Below, one piece after another: positions 24,832 to 33,226 of a stretch of DNA of 33,599 nucleotides. The notes beneath the pieces are model-generated. The model saw only the letters and a list, made by a program, of their open reading frames with translations. It made no database searches and was not told where the DNA came from. This DNA is from an uncultured Ruminococcus sp. (GTDB lineage Bacteria; Bacillota; Clostridia; Oscillospirales; Ruminococcaceae), in NCBI GenBank assembly GCA_946404705.1, contig CAMJES010000001.1, positions 1 through 33,599 of the forward strand, read 5' to 3'. Every line of letters begins with the position of its first letter. Within the stretch, counting starts at the first letter, position 1. A program made the position numbers and the translations under genes.

Positions 24832-25539
24832 ATGAATTCCGACTTTCCAAGAATCATTACCCTTTTAAGGAAAGAAAGAGGCATCAGTCAGAAAAACGCA
24901 GCGGCGGATCTGGGGATATCCCAAGCGCTGCTCTCACATTACGAAAAAGGCATCCGCGAATGCGGACTTGAATTTCTTGTCAAGGCAGCGGATTATTATA
25001 ACGTTTCCTGCGACTATCTGCTCGGACGTTCGCCCGAACCTGCAGGAAAGACCCTTTCCTATGACGATATCCCCGAGCAGGACACCAACTCGGGAAAGAT
25101 CGCGGCAGGCGGCAGTATGATGGCTGCATTCAACCGCAAGCTTATCGTTAATTCGCTCAACGTCCTTTTCTCGCTTATACAGAAAACGGGCAGCAATACC
25201 ATTATGAAAGCTGTTTCGTCCTATATGATGCTTGCAATATACAAGATGTTCAGGGTCGTATATTCCTGCAATTCAAAGAACGACCAGCGCTTCTTCACTA
25301 TCCCCGAGGCAGCGGCTTCGGGTTCGGCTTCGGCAGCAATGGCAATGTGCGAAGCAGAGGCAACGGCAGCCGCAAAGGGCGTTGTCTTCGGCGAGAACGA
25401 CATTGCATCCGAAACGGACGACAATATCATCACCGCTTCAACCCTTTCCGAAGAATATGCAGGCTCCGCTTCATCTCTGCTCAACGTTGTGAAGAACAGC
25501 GAAGCAAAAATAAAGATCATCAGCGACAGCTCGAAATAA
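24832..25539 (+). CDS. XRE-family helix-turn-helix transcriptional regulator with a ~170-aa C-terminal domain of unknown function
   Basis: 235 aa. HTH: LRKERGISQKNAAADLGISQALLSHYEKG. SD GGGAGGTG lies upstream. Confidence 0.85.
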   Translation: MNSDFPRIITLLRKERGISQKNAAADLGISQALLSHYEKGIRECGLEFLVKAADYYNVSCDYLLGRSPEPAGKTLSYDDIPEQDTNSGKIAAGGSMMAAFNRKLIVNSLNVLFSLIQKTGSNTIMKAVSSYMMLAIYKMFRVVYSCNSKNDQRFFTIPEAAASGSASAAMAMCEAEATAAAKGVVFGENDIASETDDNIITASTLSEEYAGSASSLLNVVKNSEAKIKIISDSSK

Positions 25540-25562
25540 CGTATCGACATAATATGCTTTTC

Positions 25563-25599
25563 ACAATTCCGCTTTTTTTCCGAAAGCGGAATTGTTTTT
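25563..25599 (+). terminator. Rho-independent terminator
   Basis: ACAATTCCGCTTT (25563-25575) pairs with AAAGCGGAATTGT (25583-25595), followed by TTTT. Confidence 0.8.
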
Positions 25600-25710
25600 G
25601 CTTTAATGCATAATACTAATACTAATTCCGAAAAAACATCATAAAACAGCGGTTTTAAAAGCGTCGGTTTTGTGTGAAACGCTGTTTTTTAAGGTAAATT
25701 CTGAAATCAC

Positions 25711-25739
25711 TTGACGCAAAGAAAATATTAAGATAAAAT
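25711..25739 (+). promoter_or_regulatory. Candidate sigma-A promoter immediately upstream of apbE
   Basis: TTGACG (25711-25716), 17 nt, TAAAAT (25734-25739). The apbE ATG is only 8 nt downstream of the -10 element. Confidence 0.5.
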
Positions 25740-25747
25740 TAATATGT

Positions 25748-26758
25748 ATGAGTATCTTTAAATTTAAGACAAAATATGCCGTTTCTGCGGTGCTTTCCTG
25801 CGTTATGCTCTGCTCTTGTATGACGGCGCGAAAACCGCAGACAGAGGAAATGTTCGCTTTTGATACTTATGTCAGCATCACAAGCTATGATCCCTCGGAT
25901 AACGGCGCCAAAGAACTGCTTGCGGCTCTCGATGAAGAGTTCTCGCAGACCTACACAAAAAACGCCAACGCGATAAACGGCGAAAATATACTTAAATGTG
26001 CCGATATATGCCGTGAATGGAACAGCGAATTTGGCGATCTTTTCGGCGAAAGCATAAACTTCACCTGCGGCGCGCTCACAAAACTTTGGGGAATATCGGG
26101 CGAAGCTCCGCACGTTCCCAACGAAAGCGAGCTTTCCGCCGCGCTTGAAACGATAACCGATGAGAACACTCCGTTTTTGCTTATGCCAAGCGGAACAATG
26201 CTCGATTTCGGCGCGTCTGCTAAGGGCTTCGCCTGCGACAAGGCAAAGGCGCTGCTTGACACTTCGGGCGCAAAGTGCGAAATAATCTCGCTCGGCTCGT
26301 CCACGCTTCTCTACGGCGCAAAGCCCGACGGTTCATCGTTCAAAGCAGCCGTAAAGGATCCGCTCTCCCCCTCCTCTTACCTCGGCACGATAGAAACCGA
26401 CGCCGCTTTTATCTCGACAAGCGGCGGATACGAGCGTTATTTTGAAGAAAACGGCATAAAATATGAACATATCCTTTCGCCGCAAACGGGAATGCCCGTT
26501 GAAACCGACCTCTGCTCGGTAACAGTCATAGCTTCGACAGATATCCCAAACGGCGGAATTTATACCGACCTGCTCGCAACCGCGATTTACAGCGGCGGAA
26601 CCTCTGTCCTGACCGAATTTATGGAGCAGGACAACGGTTTTGGCGATGCCATTTATGGCATCGTTGCGGCAGATAAAAACAATAACGTCTACGTCAGCTC
26701 GGGAGTTGATTTTACCCTTTATGAAAGCTCAGGTTTCAAGCTCAAGGAGAACCTTTAA
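25748..26758 (+). CDS. apbE: FAD:protein FMN transferase (ApbE family lipoprotein)
   Basis: 336 aa. Signal peptide with lipobox-like VMLCSC. Motifs: FDTYVSIT, LDFGASAKGFACDKA, STSGGYERYF. Confidence 0.85.
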   Translation: MSIFKFKTKYAVSAVLSCVMLCSCMTARKPQTEEMFAFDTYVSITSYDPSDNGAKELLAALDEEFSQTYTKNANAINGENILKCADICREWNSEFGDLFGESINFTCGALTKLWGISGEAPHVPNESELSAALETITDENTPFLLMPSGTMLDFGASAKGFACDKAKALLDTSGAKCEIISLGSSTLLYGAKPDGSSFKAAVKDPLSPSSYLGTIETDAAFISTSGGYERYFEENGIKYEHILSPQTGMPVETDLCSVTVIASTDIPNGGIYTDLLATAIYSGGTSVLTEFMEQDNGFGDAIYGIVAADKNNNVYVSSGVDFTLYESSGFKLKENL

Positions 26759-27110
26759 GCCGTCCGATATCGTCATAGCCGTTATTGCTGCGGCTCTCCT
26801 TGCAGCGGTGCTGATATTCCGCAGTATTGCCGAGCCGAACGGTTCTTTGGCGGCTGTATTTTTCAACGGTGAGCAAATAGCTTCGCTTTCTCTCGGAACG
26901 GACGGCGTTTATCCATTCGATGAATACGGCGTAACGGTCGAGGTCACAAACCGCAGCGTGAGGGTGATAAACTCCGACTGCCCCGACAAGATTTGCGAAA
27001 AAACAGGGTTTATATCGTCCTCTGCGCAGACGATCGTCTGCCTGCCGAACCGCATTTCGGTTCGTATAATTGGTAATACAGACAGTAATATTGATGTTGT
27101 TTTAAACTAA
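26721..27110 (+). CDS. NusG domain II-containing membrane protein
   Basis: In frame with ORF 26640..27110. The conservative start is ATG 26721 (MKAQVSSSRRTFKPSD), which overlaps the apbE 3' end by 38 nt. An N-terminal TM helix (IVIAVIAAALLAAVLIF) is followed by ..VTVEVTNRSVRVINSDCPDKICEKTGFIS..IVCLPNRISVRI, typical of NusG_II proteins that accompany Gx transporters. The start is uncertain (see finding). Confidence 0.65.
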   Translation: MKAQVSSSRRTFKPSDIVIAVIAAALLAAVLIFRSIAEPNGSLAAVFFNGEQIASLSLGTDGVYPFDEYGVTVEVTNRSVRVINSDCPDKICEKTGFISSSAQTIVCLPNRISVRIIGNTDSNIDVVLN

Positions 27111-27121
27111 AAGGAATTGGG

Positions 27122-27637
27122 ATGAAGCTTAATCCGTTCAAATCAGCCGCAGGCTATGTTGCCATAACGGGAATAATGCTTGCGCTTGCCGCTGCGCTCA
27201 CGACCTTAGAAAGCCTTTTCTCGGCTTTCCTGCCTGCAGGAGTGAGGATAGGACTTGCGAATATCGTTGTGCTTTGCGCCGCAGAATGTATAAACGCCCC
27301 GACTGCGCTGCTTATAACGCTGCTCAAGTCGGTTTTCGTGCTGCTTACACGCGGCTTTACGGCAGGAGTTATGTCACTTTGCGGCGGACTTCCTGCATTT
27401 GCCGTGACAATATTTATGCTGAAAAAAACGAGCGCGTCATATATTGGGATAAGCGTTTCGGGCGCGGTACTTCATATATTCGGTCAACTTTTTGCCGCCT
27501 GCTTTTTCACGGGCAGCATTTATACCTTATATTATGCTCCGCTGCTGCTTGTAACGGCGGTCGCTTCGGGCTTTTTCACGGGCGCGGTTTCGGGACGGAT
27601 ATCTCCGCTGCTGAAAAATCGCATTTCACGGTTGTAA
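27122..27637 (+). CDS. Gx transporter family protein (heptaprenyl diphosphate synthase component I-like fold)
   Basis: 171 aa with 5 TM helices. The N-terminal part (AITGIMLALAAALTTLESLFSAFLPAGVRIGLANIVVL) is typical of the family. Confidence 0.7.
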   Translation: MKLNPFKSAAGYVAITGIMLALAAALTTLESLFSAFLPAGVRIGLANIVVLCAAECINAPTALLITLLKSVFVLLTRGFTAGVMSLCGGLPAFAVTIFMLKKTSASYIGISVSGAVLHIFGQLFAACFFTGSIYTLYYAPLLLVTAVASGFFTGAVSGRISPLLKNRISRL

Positions 27638-27664
27638 AGCCCAATATCATTGCAAATTCTGTAG

Positions 27665-27683
27665 GGGACGGGTTTCCCGTCCC
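27665..27683 (+). terminator. GC-rich hairpin between the Gx transporter gene and rnfC. Weak terminator or attenuator.
   Basis: GGGACGGG-TTT-CCCGTCCC, followed by a poor U-tract (ATTCAAAC). Confidence 0.3.
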
Positions 27684-27782
27684 ATTCAAACATCGCACAC
27701 ATAACCACGTTATATCTCGAGGCATTTTGCCCCGTTATTATATCCCCAAAAAGCATTACTTTGATCATGGAGGAATATGCAG

Positions 27783-29078
27783 ATGAAAAAACTTAACGGC
27801 GTTCATCTTTCGCACGACAAAAGAACGCAGAACTGCGCTACGGCAGAATTTCCGCTGCCGAAGCAGGTCATAGTTCCGATGTCGCAGTCGATGGGTGCGC
27901 CATGCAATTGCCTTGTCAAGGCAGGAGATACCGTTGCAGTCGGTCAGAAGATCGGCGATACGGACGCTTTTATGTCCGTTCCGATACATTCGCCCGTTTC
28001 AGGCATGGTAAGCGCTGTCACAGACTATCTTCTTCCGAGCGGCGGAACCTGCAAGGCGGCTGTTATCGACACAGACGGAGAACAGAAAACCGATGAATCG
28101 ATAAAAGCGCCCGAGATCACCGACCGTAAGTCGTTCATCGCGGCAATGCGTGAGAGCGGACTTGCAGGTCTTGGCGGCGCAGGCTTTCCTGCACACGTTA
28201 AAATGGGCTTTGACCCCTCAAAAACACCTATCGACACTCTCGTTATCAACGCTGCGGAGTGTGAACCGTTCATCACCTCTGACTTTCGCCAGATGGTCGA
28301 AGCTCCGGACGATGTTTTAGACGGAATACAGCTTGTACAGAAATGGCTTAAAATTCCTAACTGTAAAATCTGTATCGAAAGCAACAAGCCCGAGGCAATC
28401 GCTCTTCTGAAAGAGAAAACCGCCGACAACAAGGCTATCGAAGTCGTGACTCTCCCCTCGTCCTATCCGCAGGGCGCAGAAAAGGTCATCATCTTCTCCG
28501 CAACGGGCAGAGTTGTTGAAGAGGGTGAGCTTCCTGCAAATCAGGGCGTTATGGTAATGAACGTTTCCTCGGCTGCTTTCGTAAGCACCTACTGCAAAAC
28601 GGGTATGCCGCTCGTCCGCAAGCGCATCACACTTGACGGTGACGCTATAACCAAGAACAACGGAAACTATTTCGTTCCTATCGGCACAAAGCTTTCGGAT
28701 ATTCTCGAATACGGCGGCGCGGAAAACCCCAAAAAGGTTCTCTATGGCGGCCCTATGATGGGCTTCCCCGTTTATGATACCGACCAGCCTATCCTTAAAA
28801 CAACAAACGCTGTCCTCGCCTTCAACGATGTAAAGGAAGAAAAGGAAACAGCTTGTATCCGCTGCGGAAACTGCATAAAGGTATGTCCGATGAACCTTAT
28901 GCCGAACCTTCTGCTCCGTGCATATAAGGCAAAGGACGTTGAAGCTTTACAAGAGCTTAAAGTATCGCTCTGCATGAACTGCGGCTGCTGCTCATATATC
29001 TGTCCGGCACACAAACCGCTTGCAGAATCAAATCAGCTTGCAAAGGGCCTCTTGCCTCGCCCTGCGCCCAAGAAGTGA
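27783..29078 (+). CDS. rnfC: Rnf electron transport complex subunit C
   Basis: GLAGLGGAGFPAHVK, plus two 4Fe-4S motifs: CIRCGNCIKVCP and CMNCGCCSYICP. ATG 27783 is preferred over 27777 because GGAGGA (27768-27773) is then 9 nt upstream. Confidence 0.92.
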   Translation: MKKLNGVHLSHDKRTQNCATAEFPLPKQVIVPMSQSMGAPCNCLVKAGDTVAVGQKIGDTDAFMSVPIHSPVSGMVSAVTDYLLPSGGTCKAAVIDTDGEQKTDESIKAPEITDRKSFIAAMRESGLAGLGGAGFPAHVKMGFDPSKTPIDTLVINAAECEPFITSDFRQMVEAPDDVLDGIQLVQKWLKIPNCKICIESNKPEAIALLKEKTADNKAIEVVTLPSSYPQGAEKVIIFSATGRVVEEGELPANQGVMVMNVSSAAFVSTYCKTGMPLVRKRITLDGDAITKNNGNYFVPIGTKLSDILEYGGAENPKKVLYGGPMMGFPVYDTDQPILKTTNAVLAFNDVKEEKETACIRCGNCIKVCPMNLMPNLLLRAYKAKDVEALQELKVSLCMNCGCCSYICPAHKPLAESNQLAKGLLPRPAPKK

Positions 29079-29092
29079 GAAAGGAGAATATT

Positions 29093-30067
29093 ATGACAGG
29101 TTTAAGAGTTTCTCCGTCACCTCACAGAAGTGCCGGACTTACTACGCAGAAGATAATGCTCATGGTCATCATCGCTCTTCTGCCTGCAGCTGTTATGGGC
29201 TGCGTTTACTTCGGCTTAAAGGCTGCGCTCGTTCTTATACAATGTATTGCATACTGCGTTGCCTTTGAAGCAATCTTCGCTGCTGTTGCAAAAAAACCGC
29301 AGACGATCTCCGACCTTTCCGCAGCAGTAACGGGTCTTTTGCTCGGAATGAATCTTCCCGCGACTGTTCCGTTCTATGTTCCGCTCATCGGCAGCTTCTT
29401 TGCTATCGTTATCGTTAAGCAGCTTTTCGGCGGCATCGGTCAGAACTTTGCAAACCCTGCTATCGCCGCAAGAATCGTGCTTATGGTATCATTCTCGTCA
29501 GAGATGACAAACTGGGTCGTTCCGTTCTGGTACAAGAACGGCGCTGACGCTGTTACGGGCGCAACTCCGCTCGCAGCTTCATGGCTCGACAACGGCTCTG
29601 CAATGGTTTCTCCGTTCACCTTCAAGGATATGCTCCTCGGAACAACGGGCGGCTGTATCGGTGAGACCTGCGCGCTCGCACTTATCATCGGCGGTATATT
29701 ACTTATCGCAGCAAGGATAATCTCCCCTGCAACACCGATCGCATTTATCGGCGTTTTCGGTGTACTTACACTTATCTACACAGGCAGCCTTACCGTTACC
29801 GTTTATCAGCTGCTCGCAGGCGGACTTATGATTGGCGCATTCTTTATGGCTACCGACTATGCAACAACTCCGCTCACTACTAAGGGCAAGATCGTTTTCG
29901 GCGCAGGCTGTGCAATAATCACATTCGTTATCCGTCAGTTCGGTTCATTCCCCGAGGGCGTTTCATTCTCTATACTCCTTATGAACCTTTTGACACCTTA
30001 CATCGACAAGCTTTGCAGAACAAAGCCGCTCGGTGCAAAGAAACCCGTAAAGGAGGCTGCTAAGTAA
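29093..30067 (+). CDS. rnfD: Rnf complex subunit D
   Basis: Starts MTGLRVSPSPH. Polytopic membrane protein. Flavinylation motif: DAVTGATPL. ATG 29093 has AGGAG 6 nt upstream. The GTG at 29075 overlaps rnfC. Confidence 0.92.
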   Translation: MTGLRVSPSPHRSAGLTTQKIMLMVIIALLPAAVMGCVYFGLKAALVLIQCIAYCVAFEAIFAAVAKKPQTISDLSAAVTGLLLGMNLPATVPFYVPLIGSFFAIVIVKQLFGGIGQNFANPAIAARIVLMVSFSSEMTNWVVPFWYKNGADAVTGATPLAASWLDNGSAMVSPFTFKDMLLGTTGGCIGETCALALIIGGILLIAARIISPATPIAFIGVFGVLTLIYTGSLTVTVYQLLAGGLMIGAFFMATDYATTPLTTKGKIVFGAGCAIITFVIRQFGSFPEGVSFSILLMNLLTPYIDKLCRTKPLGAKKPVKEAAK

Positions 30068-30723
30068 TGTTTAAAGAAAAAATTCAGCCTTCGCTCGTTC
30101 TGACGCTTATCTGCCTTATCACCTGCGCGCTCCTCGTTATCGCCTATAATGCGACCTATGTTGACAATACGGGCGTGATCACAGAAGAAATGACCGCAGG
30201 ACTTGAAGAGATCTACGGCACTTCGGACGGCTTTGAAATGAAGACCGATGAAAACGGCGCAATCTACGCTCCCGAGGGAGTTACCTGCGTTCTTGCCGAC
30301 GCAAACGGCAACAGAGCTTTCGAAATCACCACCGACGGCTATTCCAGCGGCGGTATCCACGTTCTTGTCGGAATGGACGCAAACGGCGCAGTATTGGGCT
30401 TTTCCGTTCTTTCTCTCGGAGAAACTCCCGGTCTTGGCACAAAGATAAGAGATCTCCCCGAATTCCGTGACCAGTTCAAGGGACTTACATTCGATAAGCT
30501 CCCAAAGGAAACCGCAGAGGATAACTCTCCCAAGAAATTCGTATGGGGCAGCGATGACGAGATAAAAACTCTCAAAGACGCAGCTGCTTCCGCTCCCGTA
30601 AGCGATGAATTTGAACTTGATGCTATCACAGGCGCAACATTCTCTTCAAAAGGCGCATACAAAGCAGTTACTATCGCTCTTGCAGCCTATAATGAAATGG
30701 AAGGAGTGAACGTAAGTGAGTGA
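30067..30723 (+). CDS. rnfG: Rnf complex subunit G (FMN-binding)
   Basis: N-terminal TM helix. Motifs: GETPGLGTK and flavinylation motif DAITGATFSS. TAATG start/stop overlap with rnfD. Confidence 0.92.
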   Translation: MFKEKIQPSLVLTLICLITCALLVIAYNATYVDNTGVITEEMTAGLEEIYGTSDGFEMKTDENGAIYAPEGVTCVLADANGNRAFEITTDGYSSGGIHVLVGMDANGAVLGFSVLSLGETPGLGTKIRDLPEFRDQFKGLTFDKLPKETAEDNSPKKFVWGSDDEIKTLKDAAASAPVSDEFELDAITGATFSSKGAYKAVTIALAAYNEMEGVNVSE

Positions 30724-31399
30724 AAATAAAAAAAGCTGCACATTCGAGCTTGTAAAGGGTATCATAAAGGAAAACCCCGTTCTCGTTACTCTGCTCGGAA
30801 TGTGTCCTACTCTCGCCGTTACAACAATGGCTTCAAACGGCATAGGCATGGGACTTGCGACCACGTTCGTTCTCGTCTGCTCCAACCTTGTTATCTCCCT
30901 GCTTAAAAATGTTATACCGAAGGCAGTTCGTCTTCCCTGCTTTATCGTTGTTATCGCAAGCTTCGTAACGCTCATCGAATTCCTGCTTAAAGGCTATATT
31001 CCTGCGCTTTACGACAGCCTCGGACTTTTCCTTTCGCTTATCACCGTTAACTGCATTATCCTCGGCAGAGCGGAAGCATTCGCTTCAAAAAACAACCCAT
31101 GGAAGTCCATTCTTGACGGTCTTGGAAACGGCATCGGCTTCACTCTTGCACTTTTCCTTATGGGAAGCGTCCGTGAGATACTCGGTTCGGGTCAGTGGTT
31201 CGGTATCGACCTTCATCTCCCCGTTACAATGACAGTATTTATCATGCCTGCAGGCGGCTTCTTCGCACTCGGCGTTATCATCGCAGTTGTAAACAAGCTT
31301 GCAAAAAAAGCTCCTCCGCAGGAACTCGGCTGCGCAGGCTGTCCGAACGCTGCAAGCTGTCCGACATACACTAAAAAAGATGAAGGAGGAAACGATTGA
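30716..31399 (+). CDS. rnfE: Rnf complex subunit E
   Basis: NPVLVTLLGMCPTLAVT and SLITVNCIILGRAEAFA. GTG start 9 nt after AGGAG. Confidence 0.92.
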   Translation: MSENKKSCTFELVKGIIKENPVLVTLLGMCPTLAVTTMASNGIGMGLATTFVLVCSNLVISLLKNVIPKAVRLPCFIVVIASFVTLIEFLLKGYIPALYDSLGLFLSLITVNCIILGRAEAFASKNNPWKSILDGLGNGIGFTLALFLMGSVREILGSGQWFGIDLHLPVTMTVFIMPAGGFFALGVIIAVVNKLAKKAPPQELGCAGCPNAASCPTYTKKDEGGND

Positions 31400-31977
31400 T
31401 GAAATCTATGCTTGTTATTCTTTTAAGCGCAATGCTCGTTGACAACTTCGTTCTTTCAAAGTTTATGGGTATCTGCCCATTTCTCGGTGTTTCAAAGAAA
31501 TTCGACAGCGCAGTCGGAATGGGTGCAGCCGTAACCTTCGTTATGGCGTGTGCAACGCTTGTTACCTACCCTATCTATACGCTTATCCTCGTTCCGCTCG
31601 AGCTGGAATATCTGAAAACTGTCGCATTTATCCTTATAATCGCACTTTTCGTTCAGATAGTTGAAATGTTCCTGAAGAAAGCCGTTCCGCCGCTTTATAA
31701 GACTCTCGGAGTATTCCTTCCGCTCATTACAACTAACTGCGCAGTTCTCGGCGTAACAATCCTCAACATTGACAGCAACTATAACCTCGGTCAGTCTATC
31801 GTCAACGCTCTCGGCGCAGGTCTTGGATTTACGCTTGCTCTCGTTATTTTCAGCGGCGTCCGCCAGAGAGTAAACGCTGCCGATACTCCCGAGATGTTCA
31901 AGGGCGTTCCCGCAACGCTTATTGCTGCTTCAATCGTTTCCGTAAGCTTTATGGGCTTCTCGGGAATGTTCAGCTAA
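31399..31977 (+). CDS. rnfA: Rnf complex subunit A
   Basis: MKSMLVILLSAMLVDNFVLSKFMGICPFLGVS and FLPLITTNCAVLG. The ATG overlaps the rnfE TGA. The track's TTG at 31396 is 3 nt upstream. Confidence 0.92.
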   Translation: MKSMLVILLSAMLVDNFVLSKFMGICPFLGVSKKFDSAVGMGAAVTFVMACATLVTYPIYTLILVPLELEYLKTVAFILIIALFVQIVEMFLKKAVPPLYKTLGVFLPLITTNCAVLGVTILNIDSNYNLGQSIVNALGAGLGFTLALVIFSGVRQRVNAADTPEMFKGVPATLIAASIVSVSFMGFSGMFS

Positions 31978-31992
31978 GGAGGAAGAATAGAA

Positions 31993-32868
31993 ATGTTTAC
32001 GACCTATATTGTTCCTGCTCTCGTTTTTGCAGCAATAGGACTTCTCGCAGGCGTACTGCTGACCGTCTGTTCGAAGGTCTTTGAGGTAAAAACGGACGAA
32101 AGAATCGATAAAATAAACGAAGCTCTTCCGCAGATAAACTGCGGCTCGTGCGGTTATTCGGGCTGTACGGCTTACGCCGAGGCTGTCGTAAGACACGGCG
32201 TTGCAACTAACCTATGTAACCCAGGCGGAAAAGAAACCTCCGCAAAGATCGCAGAGCTTTTGGGCGTTGCAGCAATGGAAACAGTACCGAAGATCGCAGT
32301 TGTTCGCTGCAGCGGCGACTGCAATGCACGTTCGGCAGATAAGTTCGAGTTTGACGGCATACAGTCCTGTAAGGCTGCAAAGCGCTTCTATAACGGTCAT
32401 AGTGCCTGCGCATACGGCTGCCTTGGCTACGGCGACTGCGTTACTGTATGTGCGCACGATGCTGTTTCTATTGTTGACGGCGTAGCAAAGATCGACCGTT
32501 CCAAGTGCAGCGGCTGCGGACTCTGTGCAAAGGCTTGCCCGAATCAGCTTATCGTTGTGCATGATATAACAAACCATGTCGACGTTCTCTGCTCATCGCA
32601 GGATATCGGCAAAAACACCCGTGCAGCCTGCAAGAACGGCTGTATCGGCTGTAAGAAGTGCGAAAAGGTCTGCGAATTCGGCGCTATCACAGTCGAAAAC
32701 AACCTCGCACACATTGATTACAGCAAATGCACAAGCTGCGGAAAATGCGCAGAAGGCTGTCCTACACACGCTATACAGAGCTGTGACGGAGTAATAACCG
32801 TAAAGCCTGCGGCACAGAAACCGACCGCACCTGCCGCTGCAAAACCGGAAACCAAAACCGAAAAGTGA
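31993..32868 (+). CDS. rnfB: Rnf complex subunit B (polyferredoxin)
   Basis: N-terminal TM helix. Cluster motif CGSCGYSGCTAYAEAV, plus several CxxCxxCxxxCP motifs. Confidence 0.92.
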   Translation: MFTTYIVPALVFAAIGLLAGVLLTVCSKVFEVKTDERIDKINEALPQINCGSCGYSGCTAYAEAVVRHGVATNLCNPGGKETSAKIAELLGVAAMETVPKIAVVRCSGDCNARSADKFEFDGIQSCKAAKRFYNGHSACAYGCLGYGDCVTVCAHDAVSIVDGVAKIDRSKCSGCGLCAKACPNQLIVVHDITNHVDVLCSSQDIGKNTRAACKNGCIGCKKCEKVCEFGAITVENNLAHIDYSKCTSCGKCAEGCPTHAIQSCDGVITVKPAAQKPTAPAAAKPETKTEK

Positions 32869-32870
32869 GG

Positions 32871-33057
32871 TTTAATGCGTAAATTTTGCAGCATTGACAT
32901 CTGTCGTTAAAACCGCGAAGCGGACAAAAAGTTTCGCTAATTCTGTAAGAATTTAGCCTTATTCAAAGGCTTGCGAGGGGGCAAGGGGGCGAGCAGTCCC
33001 CTTGTCGCTTCCGCAGAAGCGAAACTCCCTAAACCTTAGCTAAATATTTGCTGCAAC
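32871..33057. repeat. Second, degenerate copy of the palindromic intergenic element seen at 11701-11883
   Basis: Core 32906-32953 (GTTAAAACCGCGAAGCGGACAAAAAGTTTCGCTAATTCTGTAAGAATT) matches 11752-11800 at 46 of 49 aligned positions. It starts with TTTAATGCGTAA, like the pheT-proximal end of copy A. The outer inverted repeat is TTGCAGCA (32886-32893) / TGCTGCAA (33050-33057). The right arm is disrupted by about 60 nt containing its own hairpins. Confidence 0.7.
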
Positions 33058-33189
33058 AGCATAAAAAAGTAAAGCTAAAAAGCGCAATTCTGCTGAAATA
33101 TGTCATCCGGAGGGTTACATTTGCCCCAAAACACAATTCCATAACTTTATTAATCCGATACTATCGAAAACGTTATTGTAATTGACCGC

Positions 33190-33222
33190 AAAAATGCTCC
33201 CCCGCTCCTTACAGAACGGGGG
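33190..33222 (-). terminator. Rho-independent terminator after hicB
   Basis: Minus-strand CCCCCG..(12-nt loop)..CGGGGG (33199-33222), followed by AGCAUUUUUG. Confidence 0.6.
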
Positions 33223-33226
33223 AAAA

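Noticed and set aside
25641-25690. AAAACAGCG..(about 29 nt)..CGCTGTTTTTT as a second terminator or small RNA between the XRE gene and apbE
   Set aside because: The loop is very large and the stem short. With no promoter between it and the preceding strong terminator, a discrete sRNA cannot be supported from sequence alone.
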